Assembly: GCA_963789465.1 (NCBI GenBank)
Contig: CAWBLL010000016.1
Coordinates: 135,544 to 199,543, forward strand
Direction of reading: 5' to 3'
Length of the DNA: 64,000 bases
Source of the DNA: an uncultured Bacteroidales bacterium
GTDB lineage: Bacteria > Bacteroidota > Bacteroidia > Bacteroidales > VadinHA17
The notes under the pieces were generated by a model. It saw only the letters and a list, made by a program, of their open reading frames with translations. It searched no databases and had not been told where the DNA came from. Position 1 is the stretch's first letter; the number at the start of each line of letters is the position of its first letter. Positions 10,759 to 19,501 of this stretch are shown one piece after another. The position numbers and the translations under genes are program-made.

Positions 10759-11703
10759 ATGAAGAAACTTACTGTCGCAGCTCTTTTATTAATCCTGGTA
10801 GCCTACCCTGTCTTCTCACAGCAGGATCCGTTATCCAGTCAGTATATGTTCAATACCCTGACATATAATCCCGGTGTTGCGGGTGTTTCAGGTATGATTT
10901 GCGCCACGGCGATTAACCGCCAGCAATGGGTAGGATTCAAGGGCGCTCCCTCCACAACGGTATTCAATATAAGTGCTCCGGTAAAACCTTTCAAAATACC
11001 GAGCGGTGCCGGTTTGCTTGTTGAGAGCGACAATGTGGGTTTTGACAAGGACATCAATATTTCCGCCTCCTATTCTTATCATCTCCAGTTAGGGCAGGGG
11101 ATCCTCGGCATGGGATTCAATGCAGGGATGATAAATAAAACTATTAACCCGACCTGGGAAATACCTACCGGAGACACTCATACGCCCGCTTCAGGAGATC
11201 CGCTGATACCTGAAAACAAGGAAAGTTATGTTGCCTTCGATGCCGGACTGGGGCTTTACTTTAAAACTGACAAGTATTATGCATCACTCTCTGTAACCCA
11301 TATCAATCAACCCAAAATAAAATTCAGTAAAGGAACACCATATATAAGCAGACATTACTATCTGACAGCCGGATACACACTGCAGTTGCCCGATCCGTCA
11401 CTGGAACTGCTTCCATCAGTTTTTGCCTTCAGCGACGGAAAAGTTATGCAATTTGATGTAACAACACTAATCAGATACAATAAAAAAGTATGGGGTGGCG
11501 TTTCATACAGATATGGCGATGCACTGGTTGGAATGATCGGCTTGGAATTGTTTAACGGGATCAGGTTGGGCTATGCCTACGACTTTACTATGTCAGAAAT
11601 GGGAAAAACCAGTAATGGGTCGCATGAATTTATGGTTAACTATTGTTTTGATTTGGGCCTTGGCAAAAGCCCCACGAAATATAAAAGCATCAGATTCTTA
11701 TGA
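10759..11703 (+). CDS. porP: PorP/SprF family type IX secretion system membrane protein
   Basis: 314 aa. Signal peptide then QQDPLSSQYMFNTLTYNPGVAG, the characteristic PorP/SprF N-terminus. Sits immediately upstream of gldKLMN. Confidence 0.8.
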   Translation: MKKLTVAALLLILVAYPVFSQQDPLSSQYMFNTLTYNPGVAGVSGMICATAINRQQWVGFKGAPSTTVFNISAPVKPFKIPSGAGLLVESDNVGFDKDINISASYSYHLQLGQGILGMGFNAGMINKTINPTWEIPTGDTHTPASGDPLIPENKESYVAFDAGLGLYFKTDKYYASLSVTHINQPKIKFSKGTPYISRHYYLTAGYTLQLPDPSLELLPSVFAFSDGKVMQFDVTTLIRYNKKVWGGVSYRYGDALVGMIGLELFNGIRLGYAYDFTMSEMGKTSNGSHEFMVNYCFDLGLGKSPTKYKSIRFL

Positions 11704-11750
11704 TAATAATAAAAAATTAACTTACTTGCAATACTAAATATTAAAGTATT

Positions 11751-13097
11751 ATGAAAAAGATAATCCTATCTGCTCTAATATTGACAATTCTGTTGGGTGG
11801 GTGCGGCTCCTCGAAGAATAACGGGGAACTTACCGGCGTTCAGGGAAGAAAAAGATTCTTCGAACCGGAACCATTCGAAATGGCATTTATTCCTGCCGGT
11901 AATTTCATGATGGGGCCCAGCGACCAGGATGCTGTTTTTGCGATGAACAGCATCTCTAAATCTGTTACCGTGGAAGCCTTCTGGATGGACCAGACCGAAA
12001 TAACCAATAACAAATACCGCCAGTTTGTTAACTATGTCCGCGATTCCATATTCAGAACTAAACTGGGTAATGCAGGCATTCCTGACCGGGAATATTTTAT
12101 AGTTGACAAGGAGGGGAATGTTATTGAACCCAATGTGATCAACTGGAATGAAAAGATAGATCCCGAAGAGGAAACAACCAAAGGGGTTCTCGAAGAGATG
12201 CTTTATCCACCGGAAGAAAGATTCAACGGGAAAATACAGGTAGATGTAAGGAAACTGAACTATTCATATTTCTGGGTAGACTATCAGCAGGCTGCTAAAG
12301 CTACTTACAAATATGATTATGTAAACAATACCGGCAAATACGAAGGACAGGTGACCAATATAGATGGCAGCCGTACTGATGTAAAGGACCGTTCATCATT
12401 TATCAAACACGGCATAATAAACGTTTATCCCGATACTCTCTGCTGGATCAGAGACTTTACCTATTCATTCAATGACCCACAGTCAGATCTCTATTTCTGG
12501 CACCCCTCCTTTGATGATTATCCTGTTGTCGGAGTTTCATGGGTACAGGCTACTGCTTTCAGTATCTGGAGGACAGACTATATGAACTCTGCACTCCGGA
12601 AGAATGACATTGCTGATGTTCAGAGTTACAGGCTGCCCCTCGAAACCGAATGGGAATACGCTGCAAGGGGAGGCCTTGATCTCTCAATGTATCCATGGGG
12701 CGGACCTTATACACGAAATTACAAAGGCTGTTTCCTGGCTAATTTTAAACCTCTGCGCGGTAACTATATCGACGACGGCAACGTTTATGCCGGGAAAGTT
12801 GGATCTTATGAACCCAACGAATTTGGATTGTACGATATGGCAGGAAACGTTGCAGAATGGACCTGCTGTGCTTACCACCCTTCTGCCTATATGTTCCAGC
12901 ATGACCTTCAGCCCAACTATGAATACAATGCAACACCACAGGATCCGCCAATCATGAAAAGAAAGGTGATCCGCGGAGGATCATGGAAAGATATTGCATA
13001 TTTTCTTCAGACAAGTACAAGAGACTTTGAATATCAGGATTCTGCAAAATCCTATGTGGGATTCAGAAATGTAAGGTCTTATATTGGAGTGAATTAA
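11751..13097 (+). CDS. gldK: gliding motility / T9SS lipoprotein GldK (PorK)
   Basis: 448 aa. Lipobox (LLGGCGS) and SUMF1/FGE-type domain (RGGSW, WEYAARGG). It is first in the K-L-M-N order. Confidence 0.9.
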   Translation: MKKIILSALILTILLGGCGSSKNNGELTGVQGRKRFFEPEPFEMAFIPAGNFMMGPSDQDAVFAMNSISKSVTVEAFWMDQTEITNNKYRQFVNYVRDSIFRTKLGNAGIPDREYFIVDKEGNVIEPNVINWNEKIDPEEETTKGVLEEMLYPPEERFNGKIQVDVRKLNYSYFWVDYQQAAKATYKYDYVNNTGKYEGQVTNIDGSRTDVKDRSSFIKHGIINVYPDTLCWIRDFTYSFNDPQSDLYFWHPSFDDYPVVGVSWVQATAFSIWRTDYMNSALRKNDIADVQSYRLPLETEWEYAARGGLDLSMYPWGGPYTRNYKGCFLANFKPLRGNYIDDGNVYAGKVGSYEPNEFGLYDMAGNVAEWTCCAYHPSAYMFQHDLQPNYEYNATPQDPPIMKRKVIRGGSWKDIAYFLQTSTRDFEYQDSAKSYVGFRNVRSYIGVN

Positions 13098-13129
13098 ACT
13101 TTTAAATTAAATTTATAATAACCTGGGAT

Positions 13130-14026
13130 ATGAGCCTAGCAGAAATAGTACAAAGCAGCGGTTGGAAAAATTTTATATCCAAACTTTATGGTTTGGGTGC
13201 TTCAGTCGTTATCGTCGGTGCATTATTTAAAATACAGCACTGGCCATTGGCAGGAACAATGCTGACAATCGGTCTTCTTACCGAAGCAGTGATCTTCTTC
13301 TTTTCTGCCTTTGAACCGCTACATGAAGAAATCGACTGGTCACTGGTATACCCTGAACTTGCAGGAATACCTGAAGACGAGACCGGAGAACTTGGCGCTC
13401 AGCAGGGAAAATACTCAGGATCCATTTCCACCGGAGGTGGCGGCGGCGGCGGATATGGTGGTGGTTCAGGTGCAGTTGCCCTGGCAAAATTCGATGAGAT
13501 GCTCGAGAATGCTGATATCTCACCCGACCTTTTTATGAAGCTCGGTGCAGGAATGAAAAAACTAAGCGACTCCACAGCCAACATTACAGCAATGGGAGAT
13601 ATCTCCTTAGCTTCTTCCAAATATATGAACACAATAAACGGTGCCAACGAGTCTCTCGGAAAACTCTCTGATTCATACCAGTCTACCGCAAAAATAATAA
13701 ATGAAACAGGGTCAACATACAGGAATATGGCAGACTCCCTTTCTTCAATCGAGATGGGAGGAAAATCATACCAGCAACAACTTGAAACACTCAACAAAAA
13801 CCTTTCTGCCCTTAATGCTGTCTATGAACTTCAACGCAAGGGAGCAGATGAGCACATAAAAGAATCGGATAATCTATACAGAGGCATCCAGGGTTTAATG
13901 AAAGACCTTTCGGATTCTTCCGGAGATGCTAAAAAATACCGTGAACAGATAACCAAACTCAGTGACAACCTGGCAGCATTGAATAATGTATATGGCAACA
14001 TGCTCTCTGCTATGAATGTTAAATAG
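13130..14026 (+). CDS. gldL: gliding motility / T9SS protein GldL (PorL)
   Basis: 298 aa. Two N-terminal TM helices (GASVVIVGALFKIQHWP, LLTEAVIFFFSAFEP) and a coiled C-terminus. Position in the operon fits. Confidence 0.85.
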   Translation: MSLAEIVQSSGWKNFISKLYGLGASVVIVGALFKIQHWPLAGTMLTIGLLTEAVIFFFSAFEPLHEEIDWSLVYPELAGIPEDETGELGAQQGKYSGSISTGGGGGGGYGGGSGAVALAKFDEMLENADISPDLFMKLGAGMKKLSDSTANITAMGDISLASSKYMNTINGANESLGKLSDSYQSTAKIINETGSTYRNMADSLSSIEMGGKSYQQQLETLNKNLSALNAVYELQRKGADEHIKESDNLYRGIQGLMKDLSDSSGDAKKYREQITKLSDNLAALNNVYGNMLSAMNVK

Positions 14027-14059
14027 AGTGGCTTTTTAATTAATTAAACTAACAAGAAA

Positions 14060-15667
14060 ATGGCTCACGAAAAGCTCTCTCCCCGGCAAAGAATGATCGG
14101 GATGATGTATCTGGTGCTTACTGCCATGCTTGCGCTTAACGTATCAAAAGAGGCTGTTGAAGCGTTTAAAAAAGTCGATAAAGGCCTCACTCTTACAGTA
14201 ACAAATTACGAAGCAAAAAATAACCTCATCTATAACGAATTCGACAGAGCAGCTGCTGAAAATCCAACCAAGGCAGGAAAATATAAAACACTGGCATACC
14301 AGGTCAAGGAACGGGCTGATGAAGCATTCAATTTTATACAGGATCTCAAAATCGAGATAATTACAAAAACAGAAAAGGGTATTGATGCAGAAAAGCCACA
14401 GGTAGTAGGCAACGAAGTATTTGTGGAAAATATAAAGAGGATTGACGACCCCAATGTGCCTTCGGAGATCCTTATCGGTGCCAATGAAAACGGGAAAGCA
14501 TACTCTCTTAAAAATGTCATTAACGAATACCGTGATTTCCTTATAGCAACTCTCGAGGGCAATAACCCCACAGCAGAGGAAGCACTGAGAGTAAGCCTAA
14601 ACACCGATGATGGAAAAGACCCTGACGGACAACGGGCACCCTGGGCAAACATGACTTTCCAGACTCTTCCGCTTGTTGCCGTTATCTGTATCCTGTCTGA
14701 AATGCAGCTCTCCGTGAGAAATGGTGAAACAGAGGTGCTTAATTACCTCTATTCACAAATTGACGCTGCTTCCTTCAAATTCAATAAGCTTAGCGCCATA
14801 GTAATACCGACTACATCAAATTATGTTACTGTGGGAAGCGATTATGAAGCTCATGTCTTTATTTCTGCAACCGATACAACTCAGAATCCTGTAATTACAG
14901 TCGGGGGCTCTGAACTTTCTCTTGATGATTCGGGCAGAGGTATCTATAAAGTGCATGCAACAAGTGTCGGCCCGAAAAAATGGGGTGGTATAATAGCAAT
15001 GAAAGCTCCTGACGGCACAATAAAGAATTATAACTTTGATGCAGCATATACCGTCGGCGAACCAAATGTTATTGTATCTCCGACAGCCATGAACGTTATG
15101 TATATGGGCATTGAAAACCCGATAGATGTTTCCGTTCCGGGTGTAAGTCCTGACAAAATAAAAATCCGCGTTGTAAACGGAACCGTCACCACTGAAAAGG
15201 TTAAAAACTCAAAGGGCGTAAACTTCAAGGGTACCTGGGCAGTAAAACCAACAGCCTCCGGTCAGAATGTACAGGTTATCGTAACTGCAGATATGAACGG
15301 GAAACCGGTTCAGTACCCACCCTATGAGTTCAGGGTAAAACCTATCCCCCCGCCAATAGCTGTATTCGGAGGAAAAAGCACAGGCAGCATACCAAGAGCA
15401 ACAGCCGCTGCCCAACAGGGAGTTTTTGCAGTCATGCCCGATTTTGATTTCGACCTCAGATACCAGATCACAGGATTTTCCGTTATCTACAATGATAAAG
15501 GCAATGATTACGAGGAAATAAGCAATAACAGTAACCTGACCGCAAAACAAAAAGACCTTATCGGCAGGCTTACACGTGGAAAAAATTTAATTATTAAAGA
15601 TATAAAGGCTCTCGGCCCGGATGGCAAAATAAGAGACCTGCAACCAATAATTTTAAAAATCGACTAG
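14060..15667 (+). CDS. gldM: gliding motility / T9SS protein GldM (PorM)
   Basis: 535 aa. N-terminus KLSPRQRMIGMMYLVLTAMLALNVSKE is the conserved GldM anchor. Confidence 0.9.
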   Translation: MAHEKLSPRQRMIGMMYLVLTAMLALNVSKEAVEAFKKVDKGLTLTVTNYEAKNNLIYNEFDRAAAENPTKAGKYKTLAYQVKERADEAFNFIQDLKIEIITKTEKGIDAEKPQVVGNEVFVENIKRIDDPNVPSEILIGANENGKAYSLKNVINEYRDFLIATLEGNNPTAEEALRVSLNTDDGKDPDGQRAPWANMTFQTLPLVAVICILSEMQLSVRNGETEVLNYLYSQIDAASFKFNKLSAIVIPTTSNYVTVGSDYEAHVFISATDTTQNPVITVGGSELSLDDSGRGIYKVHATSVGPKKWGGIIAMKAPDGTIKNYNFDAAYTVGEPNVIVSPTAMNVMYMGIENPIDVSVPGVSPDKIKIRVVNGTVTTEKVKNSKGVNFKGTWAVKPTASGQNVQVIVTADMNGKPVQYPPYEFRVKPIPPPIAVFGGKSTGSIPRATAAAQQGVFAVMPDFDFDLRYQITGFSVIYNDKGNDYEEISNNSNLTAKQKDLIGRLTRGKNLIIKDIKALGPDGKIRDLQPIILKID

Positions 15668-15687
15668 TATAAAATAAAAGTACAACC

Positions 15688-16512
15688 ATGAATAAGAAAA
15701 TTCTTTTTGGAATTATCTCCCTTCTATTATCAGGTGTTGTCAATGCCCAGAGCTTCGGCGATATTTATGAGAAAAACCTTCCCGATGCCAAGAAGATAGA
15801 TTACCCCTACCTCAGGGAAGCCGATGTTATCTGGTCAAAAAAGATGTACAGGCTGATAGATCTCAGAGAAAAGATGAATCAACCTCTGTATTATCCTACA
15901 CAGCCAACTCTCGATGGCAGGAAAAACCTTATAAACATCCTGCTCGATGAGATCAAGGCTGGCAGGCTTACGGCATATGATCCCCTGACCCCTACTGTCA
16001 ATACTACTTACTCCGATATAGAAGGCAAAATGGGAGCTGTAAGTAAAACGGAATCAATAACCATTAATGCAGAGGGGCTAACCAGGGATACCATCATTAA
16101 ACAGGATGCCAAACCGGAAGAGGTCAAACAGATACTTCTGTATGAAGAGTGGTATTTTGATAAAAAGCTCTCAAAATTGGATGTCAGAATAATCGGCATA
16201 CAACCATATTATATGGGTTATGATGAACAGTTGGGCTATGTCCTCAGGAAACCCTTGTTCTGGATAAAATATGACGACGCAAGGGATGCCCTGGCAAAAC
16301 AGGAAGTATATATGTACAGTAATGATGCCCAGAGAATTTCATATGATGATCTGTTCATGCAGAGACGATTCGGAAGTACTATTCAGGGAGAATCAAATGT
16401 TTACAATGACAGGAGAATCTCCGAATACGAAGTAGGTAAAAGCGCCCTGTTTGAAGCTGAACGAATTAAAAACGAACTATTTGACTTTGAACATGATCTC
16501 TGGGAATATTAA
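15688..16512 (+). CDS. gldN: gliding motility / T9SS protein GldN (PorN)
   Basis: 274 aa with a signal peptide. Last gene of the K-L-M-N cluster. Confidence 0.85.
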   Translation: MNKKILFGIISLLLSGVVNAQSFGDIYEKNLPDAKKIDYPYLREADVIWSKKMYRLIDLREKMNQPLYYPTQPTLDGRKNLINILLDEIKAGRLTAYDPLTPTVNTTYSDIEGKMGAVSKTESITINAEGLTRDTIIKQDAKPEEVKQILLYEEWYFDKKLSKLDVRIIGIQPYYMGYDEQLGYVLRKPLFWIKYDDARDALAKQEVYMYSNDAQRISYDDLFMQRRFGSTIQGESNVYNDRRISEYEVGKSALFEAERIKNELFDFEHDLWEY

Positions 16513-16534
16513 CAGGATCTGATTTTAAGATATA

Positions 16535-16566
16535 GACAAGGGGCTGGTCGTGACCAGCCCCTTGTC
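16535..16566. terminator. GC-rich hairpin between convergent gldN and the manC-like gene (possible bidirectional terminator)
   Basis: GACAAGGGGCTGGTC-GT-GACCAGCCCCTTGTC has perfect 15-nt arms, followed by ATTTTAT. Confidence 0.5.
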
Positions 16567-16587
16567 ATTTTATCCTCCCTGCATATC

Positions 16588-17674
16588 CTACAGAAATTTA
16601 TCCCTGGTGGATTTCTTTACATCATCGAGGTATTGCTTTATATTCTGTTCCTCCTCCTTTTTAACAATCAGCAGAACATCATCGGAATCAACTATGATAT
16701 AGTCACTAAGCCCTTGTAAAACGGCTACCTTCCCCGGCGATATATTAATTATATTCCCTTTGTTCTCATAGGAAAAGACATCTCCATCTCACAAGCGCAT
16801 TGCCCTTAAGATCAATAGGTACATGCTCATACAGGGAACTCCATGTTCCAAGATCCGACCAGCCGATATCCGTACACTTAACATAAACATTGTCGGCCTT
16901 TTCCATTATTCCATAGTCTATAGATATACTCTTGCACTCCGTATAGGTCTTGCTGATATAACTCTTTTCCTCTTCCGTGCCAAAATAATTTCTTCCTTCA
17001 TCAAAAACAGAATAGGTATCGGGAAGATATTTTTCAAACGCCGAAATAATAGATTTTATATTCCAGACAAATATTCCCGAATTCCAGTAAAAATCGCCGC
17101 TTTCCAAAAATACCCTTGCCAGATCGATATCCGGCTTTTCGGTAAATGTCTTTACTTTCAGCAAATTTCCATGACCATGAACGGGTTTTTTCTGATCAGC
17201 CTGAATATAGCCATAACCTGTTTCCGGTCTGTCAGGCTTTATGCCAAGGGTAATCAGTGCATCGTTACTGCCGGCAAACTCGAAACAACTCTGAATTTCT
17301 TCACAGAACTTATCCTCTTTAATTATTAAATGATCGGCAGGTGTTACCGCAATTATGGCATTGGGATTTTCCTTGAGAATCCTGAAAGTGCCATAGGCAA
17401 TACATGGCGCAGTATTCCGGCGCAATGGCTCCCCCAGAACATGCGATGGATCAATATCAAGCTGCTCCAAAACCAGATCCTTGTGATCGGCACTGGTTAC
17501 GACAAATATGTTTTTCTCGGGGCAGGTAGCTCTGAACCTCCTGTATGTCTGCTGGATAAGAGTCTCCCCTTTCCCAAGGATATCAAGAAATTGTTTCGGC
17601 TTTTCACTACGGCTAAGAGGCCAGAAACGGCTGCCTACTCCACCTGCCATTATAATTACATACCTGTTATCCAT
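16588..17674 (-). pseudogene. mannose-1-phosphate guanylyltransferase, interrupted by an apparent 1-nt insertion near 16786-16790
   Basis: N-terminus MDNRYVIIMAGGVGSRFWPLS. The listed ORF ends ...GNALVRWRCLFL*. Shifting one base restores GDVFSYENKGNIINISPGKVAVLQGLSDYIIVDSDDVLLIVKKEEEQNIKQYLDDV...*, with a stop at 16588. The span is 1087 nt (3n+1). Confidence 0.8.
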
Positions 17675-17703
17675 ACCTGAATTGATTTTGAAATAGTTTA
17701 TTG

Positions 17704-17711
17704 CAAATATA
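17704..17711 (-). promoter_or_regulatory. candidate -7 promoter element (TAnnTTTG)
   Basis: The minus strand reads TATATTTG, 29 nt upstream of the ATG at 17674. Confidence 0.35.
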
Positions 17712-17798
17712 TAATTAATTATGTATATGAGTTTCACAACCTTCTTTAAGGAAATACAGTAAATATTCGTAATTTTAACCGCATAAGATATTAATACA

Positions 17799-18542
17799 AT
17801 GCTCAGATTTCTTACTCAGCTGGGAAAATACGTACTGCTTCTTAAAAAGGTTTTCTCAAAACCAGAGAAAAGAGTGGTATATTACAAGCAAACAATGAGG
17901 GAATTTGTAAACCTGGGACTTACCTCCATTGGCATCATTGCAATTATTTCCTTCTTCATGGGGGCTGTTATCACCCTGCAAACTGCCTATAATACCGAAA
18001 ATCCTATCTATCCCAAATATCTTATCGGTCTGGGCTGCCGCGACTCCATGATCCTTGAGTTCTCTTCAACTATAGCGGCACTCATTTTAGCCGGAAAGGT
18101 AGGTTCCAATATTGCAGCAGAAATTGGTACCATGAGAGTTACAGAACAGATTGATGCCCTGGAAATAATGGGTATCAATTCCGCTTCATATCTGATTCTT
18201 CCAAAATTGATCGCCACACTTATTTTTAATCCTTTTCTTACTCTTATTGCCATCATAGTGGGTATTTTCGGAGGAGGAATTGCAGGGACTCTATCAGGCG
18301 TTATTACAACGCAGAACTTCATCTATGGAATTCAATATGCCTTCATCCCCTATTATATAACTTACTCTCTCATTAAAACTGTCGTATTTGCCTTTATTAT
18401 CACCAGTGTTTCTGCCTTCCAGGGCTATTATGTTGAAGGAGGATCACTTGAAGTGGGCCGGGCAAGTACGAAGGCCGTGGTCTTCAGTAGTGTTCTTATT
18501 CTCCTGTTCAATGTGATTCTAACTCAACTGCTGTTATCATGA
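17799..18542 (+). CDS. MlaE-family ABC transporter permease
   Basis: 247 aa and polytopic. EIGTMRVTEQIDALEIMGINS is the MlaE signature region. Confidence 0.85.
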   Translation: MLRFLTQLGKYVLLLKKVFSKPEKRVVYYKQTMREFVNLGLTSIGIIAIISFFMGAVITLQTAYNTENPIYPKYLIGLGCRDSMILEFSSTIAALILAGKVGSNIAAEIGTMRVTEQIDALEIMGINSASYLILPKLIATLIFNPFLTLIAIIVGIFGGGIAGTLSGVITTQNFIYGIQYAFIPYYITYSLIKTVVFAFIITSVSAFQGYYVEGGSLEVGRASTKAVVFSSVLILLFNVILTQLLLS

Positions 18543-19294
18543 TAAGCATCAGAAATCTGAGTAAATCATTTAACGGAAAGAGTGTTCTGAAGGATATCAA
18601 CGTGACATTCGAATCAGGCAAGACCAATCTTATTATCGGAAGAAGTGGTTCCGGCAAAACGGTTCTTCTCAAATCAATCGTGGGACTTCACGAAATCGAT
18701 ACCGGTGAGATCTGGTATGAAGATACATTGTTTAACAAGCTTAGTTTTGTCGACAAAAAGAAGATACGCAGTGAAATGGGTATGCTGTTCCAGGGAAGCG
18801 CTCTTTTTGATTCCCTTACCGTGGAACAAAATGTCCGCTTCCCGCTTGACATGTTCGCAGAGACGAGCTTTGAGGAGAAAGAAGATAGGGTCAATTTCTG
18901 TCTGAAAAGAGTTAATATCTTGAATGCAAACAATTTATACCCTGCCGAATTGTCCGGTGGAATGAAAAAAAGAGTCGCCATTGCCAGGGCTATTGCGTTG
19001 AATCCTAAATATCTCTTTTGCGATGAACCCAATTCCGGCCTGGATCCCCTTACCTCAATCCTCATAGACGCACTTATCAAGGAGCTGACCGAAGAATACG
19101 GGATGACTACCATAATCAATACTCACGATATGAACTCAGTAATGGAGATTGGTGAAAAAATCATTTTTATCAGTGATGGAATGAAAAACTGGGAAGGAAA
19201 CAAAAATGATATTCTTACTTCAGACTGCGAATCACTCAATGATTTTGTTTTCGCAAATGCCCTTGCGAAAAAACTCAGATCTGCCGGTAAATAA
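18539..19294 (+). CDS. ABC transporter ATP-binding protein (MlaF-like)
   Basis: Walker A GRSGSGKT, signature LSGGMKKRV and Walker B YLFCDEP. There is a 4-nt overlap with the permease gene. Confidence 0.85.
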   Translation: MISIRNLSKSFNGKSVLKDINVTFESGKTNLIIGRSGSGKTVLLKSIVGLHEIDTGEIWYEDTLFNKLSFVDKKKIRSEMGMLFQGSALFDSLTVEQNVRFPLDMFAETSFEEKEDRVNFCLKRVNILNANNLYPAELSGGMKKRVAIARAIALNPKYLFCDEPNSGLDPLTSILIDALIKELTEEYGMTTIINTHDMNSVMEIGEKIIFISDGMKNWEGNKNDILTSDCESLNDFVFANALAKKLRSAGK

Positions 19295-19305
19295 TCAATT
19301 AAAGA

Positions 19306-19494
19306 TTATTTCTTTAATTCTTCATAATCAATATACTCACCTACTTTTTTCGATACTTTCTTATTCCCCTGCTTATCATCATTGTCCCTACTATTCTGTA
19401 CGGAAGATGATCCGCCGCTGGCTCCATGTCTGGCAAATGATCTTACAAGCAGGTAGACTATAAGACCTATCAATATATAACGAATAAAAATCAT
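19306..19494 (-). CDS. DUF4834-like small membrane protein
   Basis: 62 aa. N-terminal TM helix, low-complexity middle and a GEYIDYEELKK tail typical of that family. Confidence 0.5.
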   Translation of the reverse strand: MIFIRYILIGLIVYLLVRSFARHGASGGSSSVQNSRDNDDKQGNKKVSKKVGEYIDYEELKK

Positions 19495-19501
19495 CTGGAA
19501 A

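Noticed and set aside
16823-17680. Plus-strand ORFs of 168 aa and 116 aa.
   Set aside because: They are shadow ORFs antisense to the mannose-1-phosphate guanylyltransferase gene.
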